A DNA stretch of 64,000 bases. Origin: Alphaproteobacteria bacterium. GTDB lineage: Bacteria > Pseudomonadota > Alphaproteobacteria > SHVW01. Below the pieces are notes generated by a model. It saw nothing but the letters and a program-made list of their open reading frames with translations. It was not told where the DNA came from and ran no database searches. A program made the position numbers and the translations under genes. The DNA lies in assembly GCA_016869645.1 (NCBI GenBank), contig VGDO01000003.1, positions 14,875 to 78,874 on the forward strand. Reading direction: 5' to 3'. Below are positions 48,189 to 57,764 of the stretch, piece by piece (position 1 is the stretch's first letter; each line of letters opens with the position of its first letter).

Positions 48189-49706
48189 TCACTTGACCGT
48201 GACATCCTCGAGATAGACGAAACCGTCGACCGAGAAGCGGATGTTCTGAAGTTTCTTGTTGTAACCGAACAGGAAAGGCGAGGTCGCGACCGGCATGGTG
48301 TACATGTCGGTACGAATGACCTTGTTGATCTCGTCGAACAGCTGGCGCCGCTTCGTCGTATCGACCGTGCTGGAGGCATCGGCAACGAGTGTGACGAAGC
48401 GAGGATTGTCGTAGCCCGCCGCATTGTCCTTCGCCCGCATCGTGCTGGTCGCGTTCAACATGGTAGCGGGGTCGCGATTGACGCGGCCGGTCAGCGACAT
48501 GATGGCTTCGTACTCCAGGTTGTTGTGCCGCTTGGTATATTCCGCTGTCTCGACGTCCTCCAGCTTGATGTTGATGCCGATCTGCTTGAGGTCGGACTGG
48601 ACGATCTCGGCCAGCTTGGTCATGCCGTAGTACCACTGCGTCGAGGTGTAGACCGTCAGGTTCATGCCGTTGGGGTAGCCCGCTTCAGCCAGCAGCGTCT
48701 TGGCCTTGGCCAGGTCGAAGTCGCAAGTCGCCTCGAGCGCCTTGTCGTAGGCGAAGTTCGACGGAATCCATGGCAGGCAGAGTAGCCGTGCCTTGCCGGC
48801 GAGCGCGATGCGGTTGAAGCGCTGGCGGTCGGTCGCATGAACGAATACTTGGCGCAGCTTGGTATTGCCGGCGAAACGGCCCGACTTCGTGTTGAACATG
48901 ATGTTGTAGAGGATTCCTTCGCTCGCGGTCTCGACCGCGAACCCTGCGCGCTCCAACCGCTGCGCGTCAGGCACATTGACCTGGCCGATCGCGTCGATGG
49001 TCTTGGATTCGAGATTGAGCAGGAGTGCCTGGGGATCCTTGATGATGCGGATTTCCGCCTCGCTCAGCCGCGGCTTGCCCTTGTTCCAATAATTGGCGAA
49101 TGGCTTGAGCACCATCTTGTCGCCCGGCCGGTAGTCGGTCAGCACGAAAGGCCCCGTGCCGATCGGCTGAGTTGCTGATTTGTCGTAGAGGTCGTCGTCG
49201 ATGATCCAGAGCTGGTCGAGCAGGTCATAGAGACCCGGGTTCGGCCCCTTGAACTCGAGCGCGACGGTGAGCGGATCGATCACGGTCACCCGCTCGATGG
49301 TCTGGAACAGCGGCTTGCTGTTGGCGTGAATGTCCTTCGACGTCGCACGCTCCCAGCTGCGCTTGACGTCGTTGGCAGTGAAATCCTTGCCCGAATGGAA
49401 CTTGACGCCCGCGCACAGCTTAAGCGTCTACTTCAATCCGTCGGGCGAAAGCTGCCAGCTTTCCGCCAACTCGGGCTGCGCCTTCTGATCGGGGTCGAGG
49501 CGAACCAGGACGTTATAGAATTGGTTGTAGAGATGGTAGAAGGCTATTGAGAAGAAATACGGCTGAAACGTCGTCGGCTCCTGGGGAATGGCCAGGACGA
49601 CCTTACCGCCCTGCGCCAAAGCGGGAACCGGACCGCCGACCATGGCTGCAGAGGCGCCGACAAGGGCGACTGCCGTCAGGACGAGCCGTCGAATTCTGCG
49701 AAACAT
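48189..49706 (-). pseudogene. Family-5 ABC substrate-binding protein interrupted by one in-frame TAG (49428-49430)
   Basis: Track ORFs 49428..49754 and 48189..49289 share a frame. The read-through gives signal peptide...PELAESWQLSPDGLK*TLKLCAGVKFHSG...GTGPF. Confidence 0.85.
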
Positions 49707-49886
49707 ATTGCCCTCCCCGAAAATGCCGCCTGCCGACGACCCAGGACTTGCCAACTCGCCTGGCTCATGCGTGCTGCGACGCGATTGTTGAGTAACGATA
49801 GGAACGATCTGTCGAAGGCGTCAAATGGAAACCCCGGCTGCCGCGAAGTATTGCGGCGCAATTTGTGCTTCCATTGCCGCGCGGCG

Positions 49887-50660
49887 CTAAACCACCATGC
49901 ATCGGCGCCGCTGGTCGCCGAAGATCCCGCCATTCACAGTGATCACATCATTTGATCCGAAGCGGATGCTGTCGCCGCCATCGGAGAGCGCATCGATCAA
50001 GATGACGTAACCGGGCTCCACTGGCAGGAGTGTGTCGATCTCCGTCAACAGGCTGGCAATCTGCTTCTTGCCAAGCGCGCGGCTGACTCTGCTGCGCACG
50101 CCGCCTTCCGTGCCGACGTCCAGCGCGATGTCCTGCGAAAGCATCGGATCTTCAGGGCTGATCAGGTACGGCCCTAGGGACAGGTAAGTCGGCCGGCTCG
50201 ACCTCAGCGCAATTGCCGACTCATCGCGCCCACCGGCTCGCGATGCGACGTCGAAGTAGAGACAATAGCCGCCCACTGTCGGTCTGCCGCCAGAACGACC
50301 TCCGACGACGGCCGCCAGTCCGGCGCGGCCTGTGATCTCGACCGGCGGCGCGAGCAGCACGTCGTCTTGTGCGCCGACCGGCCTGCCCGCCTTCAAGCCA
50401 AAGAGACTTGCGCCACCGGCGGATCGGCCTCCCGTCAGGATTATGGCGCCCGGCTGCGCCACGCATGGTGCGGGCCGCGCGGCCCGATCCATCGCCGGCA
50501 ATCCGTCGCGATCGACCAAGCCGAGTTCGGTCCACCATGGGCCGGCAAGAACCGCCACATCGATATCGGTGATCCGGATGCAAAGGTCCCGCCTGGACTC
50601 GTCATGTCCGACCCAGGCGGGCTTTTCATAGCCGGGATGGCCGGCTCGCATGATGCGCAT
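49887..50660 (-). CDS. Fumarylacetoacetate-hydrolase (FAH)-fold protein, strongly diverged
   Basis: N-terminus MRIMRAG..G.EKP...RDL...I.DID, then GYC..FDV, LGPYL, PG.VI and FGDQ follow FAH-family order. The ExE metal motif is absent. Confidence 0.6.
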   Translation of the reverse strand: MRIMRAGHPGYEKPAWVGHDESRRDLCIRITDIDVAVLAGPWWTELGLVDRDGLPAMDRAARPAPCVAQPGAIILTGGRSAGGASLFGLKAGRPVGAQDDVLLAPPVEITGRAGLAAVVGGRSGGRPTVGGYCLYFDVASRAGGRDESAIALRSSRPTYLSLGPYLISPEDPMLSQDIALDVGTEGGVRSRVSRALGKKQIASLLTEIDTLLPVEPGYVILIDALSDGGDSIRFGSNDVITVNGGIFGDQRRRCMVV

Positions 50661-50693
50661 CCCGAGCTCCCTGCCCGCCGCCCCGCGAAACCG

Positions 50694-51038
50694 CTACTTG
50701 ACGTTGGCGCCGCGCAGACGCCGGGTCACGGAAAAATTGGCGTGCGGCGTGTGCCCGCTGAACAGATCGAGGCTTGGTGCCTGGACCCGGCCGATGTCCC
50801 GCCGTTCAGCCGAGTTCATCGCCATGAGCAGGCCCGCGTCGTCGGCAAAGCTCAGTTCGATCATCTGGTGATAGCGCGGCGCCAAGGCACCGACGCCGAT
50901 GCCACGCAGCAGGCGGACCTCGAGAACGCCGGGCATGCGCGCCAACATGGGGACGACTTCGTCGCCCATGTTGCGGTCGAACTGCGCTTGGTTCTCCGCC
51001 GCGACGCTGCCCTCGTAGATTCCATAGCGAACGATCAT
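50694..51038 (-). CDS. EthD-like small dimeric alpha/beta barrel protein
   Basis: 114 aa; VVPMLARMPGV...ELSFAD....AMNSAE pattern; sits in an operon between the lactonase and FAH-like genes. Confidence 0.65.
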   Translation of the reverse strand: MIVRYGIYEGSVAAENQAQFDRNMGDEVVPMLARMPGVLEVRLLRGIGVGALAPRYHQMIELSFADDAGLLMAMNSAERRDIGRVQAPSLDLFSGHTPHANFSVTRRLRGANVK

Positions 51039-51063
51039 CACATGTTCCTTCCGTGGCGAGACG

Positions 51064-52077
51064 TCAAAGCGGAGGCAAATGGAAGCCCGCGCGGGCGAGC
51101 CGGATGCGGTAAAGGCCATGCCCCGCTGTGATGTAGAGGTCGTAGCGCGCCTTGCCGCGACCGAATTCGACATTGGTCGTGGCGTCGGCCATGTCGATGC
51201 GCGCCACCCACTCTCCCGCGGGTGAAAACACCGCCACCATCGGCTCGGGAGCAAAGATCGCCACGTAGACGAAGCCCTGGTCGTCCACGGTCATGCCGTC
51301 CGGTTGGCCGATGGCGTCCAGATCGGCAAATGTCCGCCGGGGCCCCACCGCGCCTTTCGACGACAAGGCATAGGAGAACACCTTCGACTCCCCGTCGGGC
51401 AGAGGCACGTTGGCCGGCAACCGACGTGACGCGATCGTGCCGTTGTCAGAGCTCGACACATAGAGGGTCCGCTGATCGGGCGAGAGGGCGACGCCATTTG
51501 GCTTGCGCACATCCGTAATGACGCGGTGCACCGAGCAGTCCGGATCGATGCGATAGACCGCCATCACCGGCTGCTCGATGGATTCCCAGCCGATATATCG
51601 CGGATCGGTGAAGTAGATCCGTTGCTTGGCATCGATCGCGACATCGTTTGGTGCGTTGAACGGGCGTCCGTCAAACTGCCCGGCCGCGATGAAGCTGCGG
51701 CCGGTTGCCATGTCCATCCGCGTGATGCGCCGCCCGCCATAGTCCGCACCCTCGGCGACGACCATGCGGCCCTGCCGATCGAACACGATGCCGTTGGCCA
51801 TGCCGCTCGGCGACCGGAAGATCCGGCACGATCCGTCGCCCGGATCGAAGCGCCAGATATGGCCCGCCTGCATGCCGCGCTCATCCGTGCAGTCGAGAGT
51901 GCGGGTGATATCGCTGAAATAGATCAGCCCGTCCGGACCGGCCGCCACGCCCTCGGTCAGGACGGCGCCGCCACCGAAGACCTCTTCGACCCGCGATCCC
52001 GGCGGCACGATCTGCGACTGCAACGGCAGCGGCTCGGAGGTCGTTCGGCCGCGACGGACGGTGCCTGATCTGGCCAT
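51064..52077 (-). CDS. SMP-30/gluconolactonase family protein
   Basis: LTEG, SGMANG, FNAPND, YFTDP, KPNG, PDG and TNVEFG motifs. Confidence 0.9.
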   Translation of the reverse strand: MARSGTVRRGRTTSEPLPLQSQIVPPGSRVEEVFGGGAVLTEGVAAGPDGLIYFSDITRTLDCTDERGMQAGHIWRFDPGDGSCRIFRSPSGMANGIVFDRQGRMVVAEGADYGGRRITRMDMATGRSFIAAGQFDGRPFNAPNDVAIDAKQRIYFTDPRYIGWESIEQPVMAVYRIDPDCSVHRVITDVRKPNGVALSPDQRTLYVSSSDNGTIASRRLPANVPLPDGESKVFSYALSSKGAVGPRRTFADLDAIGQPDGMTVDDQGFVYVAIFAPEPMVAVFSPAGEWVARIDMADATTNVEFGRGKARYDLYITAGHGLYRIRLARAGFHLPPL

Positions 52078-52082
52078 TTCGA

Positions 52083-53270
52083 TCAGCTCTTGAGAGTGAC
52101 GGTCGACATGCTCACCACGTCGCGCCGCATGCGCTCTTCGTCCAGCTCGATGCCGAGACCCGGACCGCTGGGCACGACGATCTCGCCGCCGCTCAGTCGG
52201 ATCGGCTCCTTCAGCCAGGCATTGAAGGTGTCGAGCATCACCGGCTGATACTCCTGGATGTAGAAATTCGGAATCGCCGCCGCGAGATGATAGGTCGCCG
52301 CCAGCCCGATCGCCGTCGTGCAGCCGGTGTGGTAGGCGACCGGCTTGTTCAGGCTCTCGGCCAGCACGGCAATCTTGCAGGCCTCCGACACGCCGTTGCG
52401 CATGACATCGGGCTGACAGATGTCGATGGCCCCGCGCTGCAGCCAGGGCGTGAACTGAAAGCGCGTCCGCAACGCCTCGCCGACGGCGATCGCCACGTCG
52501 AGCTCCCGAGCGAGGTTGGCATGGCCTTCGATGTCGTCGGGCAGCAGCGGCGATTCGAGAAAGTCCACCTTGTGCTGTTCGCAGATTCGGCCGAGCCGCA
52601 CGGCCGAAGGGTAGTCGTAGCGCCACAGCGCATCGACGAAAAGCCGCACACGCGGGCCGACCGCGGCGCGGATCAGTGCGATCGCCTCGGCGTCCCGCTC
52701 GAGGCCGTGGCCGAGGAACAGCTTGAGGCCCGAGATGCCGTTGCCGACATGCGCTTTGGCCTCCTCGGTCCTTTCCTCCGCAGTCGGCCGCCGCAATCCC
52801 GATGCATAGCAAGGCAGGCGCTCGCGCAACCGGCCGCCGATAGCCGTGCTCAACGACAGGCCGGCCGCGCGCGCCCGAATGTCCCATAGCGCCGTGTCGA
52901 TCGCGGCGATGGCGTCGACGTAGAAACCTCCGCCATGGCCGCGGACGCGCATGGCCTCGTACATGTCGATGTATCGGCTGTTGGTCTCGACGGCGGGGCG
53001 GCCGAGAACGACAGGCGCCAGGATCAGGCGCACGATTGTTTCGGCCACTTCCGGAGCGATCGGCGCCTGCGCTTCGCCCCAACCCGACACCCCCTCGGTG
53101 GTATCGACGCGCACGACCAGCGCCTCGCTGCGCTGAGAATAGAGATGCGGATAGGGATGGAAGCGGAAATAGCCAGAATCCGGCAGCGCCTCGCCATCGC
53201 GGCTGCCGCCGCCGATCTCGTAGCGTTTGCCCGCCTTGACGACGTAGGTGGTGATTGCGGCGATCTTCAT
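52083..53270 (-). CDS. Mandelate racemase/muconate lactonising enzyme (enolase superfamily) dehydratase-like
   Basis: GWGE, AIDTALWDI and YAS; metal ligands VD/ESP/GE; QPD, H and E motifs. Confidence 0.92.
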   Translation of the reverse strand: MKIAAITTYVVKAGKRYEIGGGSRDGEALPDSGYFRFHPYPHLYSQRSEALVVRVDTTEGVSGWGEAQAPIAPEVAETIVRLILAPVVLGRPAVETNSRYIDMYEAMRVRGHGGGFYVDAIAAIDTALWDIRARAAGLSLSTAIGGRLRERLPCYASGLRRPTAEERTEEAKAHVGNGISGLKLFLGHGLERDAEAIALIRAAVGPRVRLFVDALWRYDYPSAVRLGRICEQHKVDFLESPLLPDDIEGHANLARELDVAIAVGEALRTRFQFTPWLQRGAIDICQPDVMRNGVSEACKIAVLAESLNKPVAYHTGCTTAIGLAATYHLAAAIPNFYIQEYQPVMLDTFNAWLKEPIRLSGGEIVVPSGPGLGIELDEERMRRDVVSMSTVTLKS

Positions 53271-53371
53271 GTCACCGGATTCATCAGAAATCCCGCTTGC
53301 ACGCGCCGCCGCAGCTTGACGGGTCAAGTCGGTCTACCTAGAAAGCATAACCCTTGGAAAGGTGGCGGCAA

Positions 53372-54157
53372 ATGGATTCTCCTTCAGTCGTGGTGGTCAC
53401 CGGCGCGGCCGGCGACATTGGCATGGCGATCGCCGGCCGCTTTGCCGACAGGAACGCGCGCATCGTCTTGTGCGACCGGCTTGCGGACGCTCTGCGCCAG
53501 CGCGTCGCGTCGCATCCCCGGCGCGACCAGCTCGAATGGCACGAAGTCGAGCTGACGGATCCTGCTCAGGTCAAGAGCTTCATCGCCGGCGCGATCAAGC
53601 GTCACGGCCGTGTCGACGTTCTCGTCAACAACGCCGCCAAACAGCATGACGGCGATGTCGCCACGGCGAGCGAAGCCGACTTCGAGGAGGCCTTCGCCAT
53701 CCACATGCGCGCCCCCTTCCTGCTGTCCAAGGCCGTGGTGCCGGGCATGAAGGCTGCGGGCGGCGGAGCGATCGTCAACATCTCCACCGTGCATGCCCAG
53801 GCTGTCGGCCCGGGGCGACTCGCCTATGCCGCGACCAAAGCCGGGCTGCTCGGCATGACTCGCTCGATGGCGGTCGATCTCGGCCGCCACAACATCAGGG
53901 TCAATGCCGTGATTCCGACGGCGATCCGAACCTCCGGCCTGCTCAAAGCCTGGACCGAGGACCGCGATCCCGAGAAGAAAGGCGTCAGCCGTCTCTACGA
54001 TCACGCCGCCAAGCAGCATCCGATGCGGCGCATCGGCGAAGCCGATGAAGTCGCCGAGCTGGTCGAATTCCTGGCGACCTGTCGCTTCGTCACTGGCGAG
54101 GAAATTCGCGTCGATGGCGGAATTCTCGCAGCACTGCGTCTCCTGCCGATCGATTAG
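53372..54157 (+). CDS. Short-chain dehydrogenase/reductase (catalytic YxxxK intact)
   Basis: TGAAGDIG, NNAA, YAATK and IRVNAVIP motifs. Confidence 0.9.
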   Translation: MDSPSVVVVTGAAGDIGMAIAGRFADRNARIVLCDRLADALRQRVASHPRRDQLEWHEVELTDPAQVKSFIAGAIKRHGRVDVLVNNAAKQHDGDVATASEADFEEAFAIHMRAPFLLSKAVVPGMKAAGGGAIVNISTVHAQAVGPGRLAYAATKAGLLGMTRSMAVDLGRHNIRVNAVIPTAIRTSGLLKAWTEDRDPEKKGVSRLYDHAAKQHPMRRIGEADEVAELVEFLATCRFVTGEEIRVDGGILAALRLLPID

Positions 54158-54182
54158 GGGCTGCTGGCCAGCGCGGGCCTAA

Positions 54183-55013
54183 TCAGTCGATCTGCGTCGC
54201 CATCGCCAGCTTGGCGGTCAAGCCGCCGTCGATCTTCAAATCGATGCCCGTGATATAGCGTGCGCGATCGGAGAGCAGGAAGGCGATCGGCTCGGCAACG
54301 TCGGACGACTGACCGATGCATTGCATCGGAATGGACCGCCCGACGCGCCGCATGATCTCGGCAAAATCGAGATTTGGAAACAGCCGCTCCCAGTTGCCGC
54401 GCCAGGTCGGTGTCTCGGTCGGTCCTGGGCTGACCGAATTCGCCCGCACGCCAAATGGTCCGAGGCTGACCGCGACGCCGCGCATCATTGCCACCATCGC
54501 CGCCACCATCGGTGCGATGGCATCGCGTCGCTCGGTGTTCGCATGGGCATGGACCGAAGCAACCGCCACGATCGAGCCGCGTCCAGCCTTCTTCATGATC
54601 AACGAGGCATGACGCACGGGAAAATAGACGCCACGCAGCTTGTCGGTGACCGTGTAGTCCCACGCCGCCGTGTCGATCTCCTCGATGGTGCCCATGCGGC
54701 CGGATCCGGCCGCGCAGACCAGTCCGTCGAGCCGGCCGAACTCCCGGTGGGTCACATCGATCAGCCGAGTGACGTCGGCTTCGACGCTGACGTCGGCGCG
54801 CTCGGCACGGATCTTCAGGCCCTCACGCCTGGCCTCGCCGCGCATGTCGGCGAGACGCCCTTCGTCGCGCCCACACACCACGGCCGTGCCGCCGCGCCGG
54901 GCGACGAGTTTGGCCAGCTCCCGTCCGATGCCCACCGTGCCGCCCGTTATGACGACAACTCGGCCTTCGAAGTCGCGGGCGATCGTGTCGGCATCCGTCA
55001 TTGTCCGCTCCAT
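54183..55013 (-). CDS. SDR-fold protein lacking the catalytic YxxxK motif
   Basis: TGGTVGIG, ADVS, CAAG, VRANSVSPG and ITG...IDGG motifs. The YxxxK position reads IAPMV. Confidence 0.85.
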   Translation of the reverse strand: MERTMTDADTIARDFEGRVVVITGGTVGIGRELAKLVARRGGTAVVCGRDEGRLADMRGEARREGLKIRAERADVSVEADVTRLIDVTHREFGRLDGLVCAAGSGRMGTIEEIDTAAWDYTVTDKLRGVYFPVRHASLIMKKAGRGSIVAVASVHAHANTERRDAIAPMVAAMVAMMRGVAVSLGPFGVRANSVSPGPTETPTWRGNWERLFPNLDFAEIMRRVGRSIPMQCIGQSSDVAEPIAFLLSDRARYITGIDLKIDGGLTAKLAMATQID

Positions 55014-55028
55014 GCGCTCGTCGCCGTG

Positions 55029-55820
55029 CTAGCTCTTCCCGATGCGCGCGAGGCCCACCAGTCGCTCGATCGTCAATGCCAGCACGATGATCATCGCCAC
55101 TTGGAGCGTCGATGCTGCGGCGATGATCAGCTGACGCCCCGGGAATTGCAGATAGCCGAAGATTTCGATCGGCAGCGTGTTGTAGCCCGGCCCGGTCAGG
55201 AACAGGGCGACATTGAGCTCGCCGAACGACACGATGAAGGCGAACAATCCGCCCGATAGCACGCCCGGCCAGATGATCGGCAGCGTCACCAGGAAGAAGG
55301 TACGGAACGGCCCGGCACCCAATGACTGCGCCGCCTCCTCCAGCGTTTGGTTGAAGCTTTGGAGCGAGGCAAGCACGAGTCGGAACGCATAGGGCATGCC
55401 GATCAGGACATGCGCGAGGATGAGGCCGCCAGGTCCGCCGAAATTGATCGTGCGATAGAACAGCAGGAGCGCCAAGCCGAGGATGATCGCCGGGAACACC
55501 AGGGGTGCCGTGAACAGCGACTGAAGAAGGCCCGAGGTCACGCCCCTCTGGCGCACCACGAAGCGGGCCGCAAGTGTCGCCAGCACCGTCGCGCAGACTG
55601 CCGAAGTCGCGCCGACGCGCATGCTGAACAGAAACGCGCTGGTCATGTTGTCGGCCTGGAAGAACTCGACGAACCAGCGCAGCGACAATCCCGGCGGCGG
55701 GAAGGTGAAGGTCTCGGCCGACGAGAAGGACACGAGCACGACGACGATGGTCGGACCGAGGATGAGCAGGAAGGCGATCCCGGCGATCGTGTTCTGCAGG
55801 ATGTGGCCGAGCCGGATCAT
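55029..55820 (-). CDS. ABC permease (PotC-like)
   Basis: SLRWF, EEAAQSLGA, FIVSFGE and TLP motifs. Confidence 0.9.
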   Translation of the reverse strand: MIRLGHILQNTIAGIAFLLILGPTIVVVLVSFSSAETFTFPPPGLSLRWFVEFFQADNMTSAFLFSMRVGATSAVCATVLATLAARFVVRQRGVTSGLLQSLFTAPLVFPAIILGLALLLFYRTINFGGPGGLILAHVLIGMPYAFRLVLASLQSFNQTLEEAAQSLGAGPFRTFFLVTLPIIWPGVLSGGLFAFIVSFGELNVALFLTGPGYNTLPIEIFGYLQFPGRQLIIAAASTLQVAMIIVLALTIERLVGLARIGKS

Positions 55821-56743
55821 CCGCGTCCCTGCACGCGGCCCGGCCGCAACACCAGCATGATCAATGCGCCCACGCCCAATGCGACGCCCAAGAGGACGAA
55901 GGCGAGTGCGGCCGAGAAGGTCCACTGGAAGGCCATGGCCGAGCGATAGACCATGCTGACCAGGAGCGAGAAGCGCGGACCGCCCAACAGCGCGATCGTC
56001 ACATAGGCGCTGAGCGTCAGGAAGAACACGAGCTGCATACCCGCAGCGACTCCCGGGCTGCTGAGCGGCCAGGTGACATGGATGAACGTGCGCAACGGGC
56101 CGGCGCCCAGCGACTGGGCCGCCTCCGCGTAGGAGCGATCAAGGCCGGTCAGCGAATTGGCAATCGATATGATCATGTAGGGCAGCAGGATCGTCATCAG
56201 CCCGAGTACCACCGCTTCGATCGAGTAGAGCAGCGCGAGCGGCGCGTCGATGATCTCGGCCTGGGTCAGCACGGTGTTGACCACGCCCTGTCGGCCGAGC
56301 ACGGCGATCCAGCCATAGGCGCGCACGACATTGCTCAGCATGAGCGGGAACATCAGCGCGATCATTGCGATGATGCGCCAGCGCGGCGTCATGCGCGCGA
56401 TCGCCATGGCAACCGGATAGGCGATCAGCAGCGCGATACCCGTGACCAGCGCGCCGACCAGCAATGTGCGCTGGATGATGCGCAGGTAGAACTCGTCGCC
56501 CAGGACCTTGGCGTAGTTCTGCAGCGTGACGTTCGTGCCGTAGAGCTCGGTCTGCGACGGCTCGAGCAGGCTGACCACGAACAGATAGAGCAGCGGCCCG
56601 GCGAAGAAGATCAGGAAGAACAGGATGGGGAGCGCGACCAGCGACCAGCTCCTGAGCTGGCGCAGCAGGTCGCCGAGCGGCGAACCGTCAGCCGCGATCG
56701 AGGACGACGGCACTGTCGCGCTCCCAGGAGAAGGCGACGGCAT
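55817..56743 (-). CDS. ABC permease (PotB-like)
   Basis: AYPVA, VVRAYGW, LPYM and EAAQSLGA motifs. Exact start uncertain. Confidence 0.9.
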   Translation of the reverse strand: MPSPSPGSATVPSSSIAADGSPLGDLLRQLRSWSLVALPILFFLIFFAGPLLYLFVVSLLEPSQTELYGTNVTLQNYAKVLGDEFYLRIIQRTLLVGALVTGIALLIAYPVAMAIARMTPRWRIIAMIALMFPLMLSNVVRAYGWIAVLGRQGVVNTVLTQAEIIDAPLALLYSIEAVVLGLMTILLPYMIISIANSLTGLDRSYAEAAQSLGAGPLRTFIHVTWPLSSPGVAAGMQLVFFLTLSAYVTIALLGGPRFSLLVSMVYRSAMAFQWTFSAALAFVLLGVALGVGALIMLVLRPGRVQGRG

Positions 56744-57764
56744 CGCCGATGCGCCAGGCCAGCGCGTCGGACGATGCGTTCTGCAGGAATACGATCACCT
56801 CGTTGCCATGGCAATCGAGATAGATGTGCGTGGTGACGCCGCGATAGACGATCTCGCGCACCTGTGCCGCGAAACCGCCCGTCGAGATCTGGCCCAACCG
56901 CACCTTTTCCGGCCGAACGGCAAAGCGCACCGCCTCGCCGACCGTGCCCCTGTGGCTCAGCACCGCCTGACCAAAACCGAGATCGACGGTGGCCGACCCG
57001 TTCGCGGCCGCAGTGATCCTTCCGTCGAAGAAATTGCTGACGCCGAGGAAGCTCGCGACAAACTCCGTGCGCGGCCGCTCATAGACCTCGCGCGGCTGTC
57101 CGATCTGCTCGATCACGCCATCGCGCATGATCGCGATGCGGTCGGACATGGTGAGCGCTTCTTCCTGGTCATGGGTAACGAAGAGCGTGGTCGTGCCCAG
57201 CCGGTGCTGCAGCTCGCGCAGCTCGACCTGCATCTCCTCGCGCAGTTTCTTGTCGAGAGCGCCCAGCGGCTCGTCGAGCAGCAGCACGGCCGGCTGCACG
57301 ACCAGTGCGCGCGCGAGCGCCACGCGCTGTTGCTGGCCGCCCGACAGCTGACGCGGATAGCGCTCGGCCAGGCCCTCGAGCTTGACCATAGCGAGAGCTT
57401 CGCGCGCGCGGCGCGCGCGCTCGGGCCCTGGCACGCGCCGCATGCGCAAGCCGAACGCCACGTTCTCCGCCATGGTCAGGTGGGGAAACAACGCGAAGTT
57501 CTGGAAGACCATGCTGTAGTCGCGTCGGTAGGGCGGCACGCGCGTGACGGCGGCGCCGCGGATGTAGATGGCGCCGGCCGAGGGATGCTCGAAGCCGGCA
57601 ACCAGGCGCAAGGTCGTCGTCTTGCCGCAGCCGCTCGGCCCCAGCAGCGAGAAGAACTGTCCGCGCGGAATGTCGACCGAGACGTCCTTGACCGCTTCGA
57701 CGCGGTCGAAGGACTTGCTGACGTTCTCCAACCGAACGTCGATCTCCCCGGCTGCCATGGTCAA
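56688..57764 (-). CDS. ABC ATPase (PotA-like, TOBE domain)
   Basis: GPSGCGKT, LSGGQQQR, LLLDEP, VTHDQEEA and VRPE motifs. Confidence 0.93.
   Translation of the reverse strand: MTMAAGEIDVRLENVSKSFDRVEAVKDVSVDIPRGQFFSLLGPSGCGKTTTLRLVAGFEHPSAGAIYIRGAAVTRVPPYRRDYSMVFQNFALFPHLTMAENVAFGLRMRRVPGPERARRAREALAMVKLEGLAERYPRQLSGGQQQRVALARALVVQPAVLLLDEPLGALDKKLREEMQVELRELQHRLGTTTLFVTHDQEEALTMSDRIAIMRDGVIEQIGQPREVYERPRTEFVASFLGVSNFFDGRITAAANGSATVDLGFGQAVLSHRGTVGEAVRFAVRPEKVRLGQISTGGFAAQVREIVYRGVTTHIYLDCHGNEVIVFLQNASSDALAWRIGDAVAFSWERDSAVVLDRG

Noticed and set aside
49428-49430. Genome-wide TAG recoding or pyrrolysine insertion
   Set aside because: Many genes here end normally at TAG (e.g. 1023, 1793, 11091, 20350), no pyl genes are in the window, and the site corresponds to a conserved Tyr.
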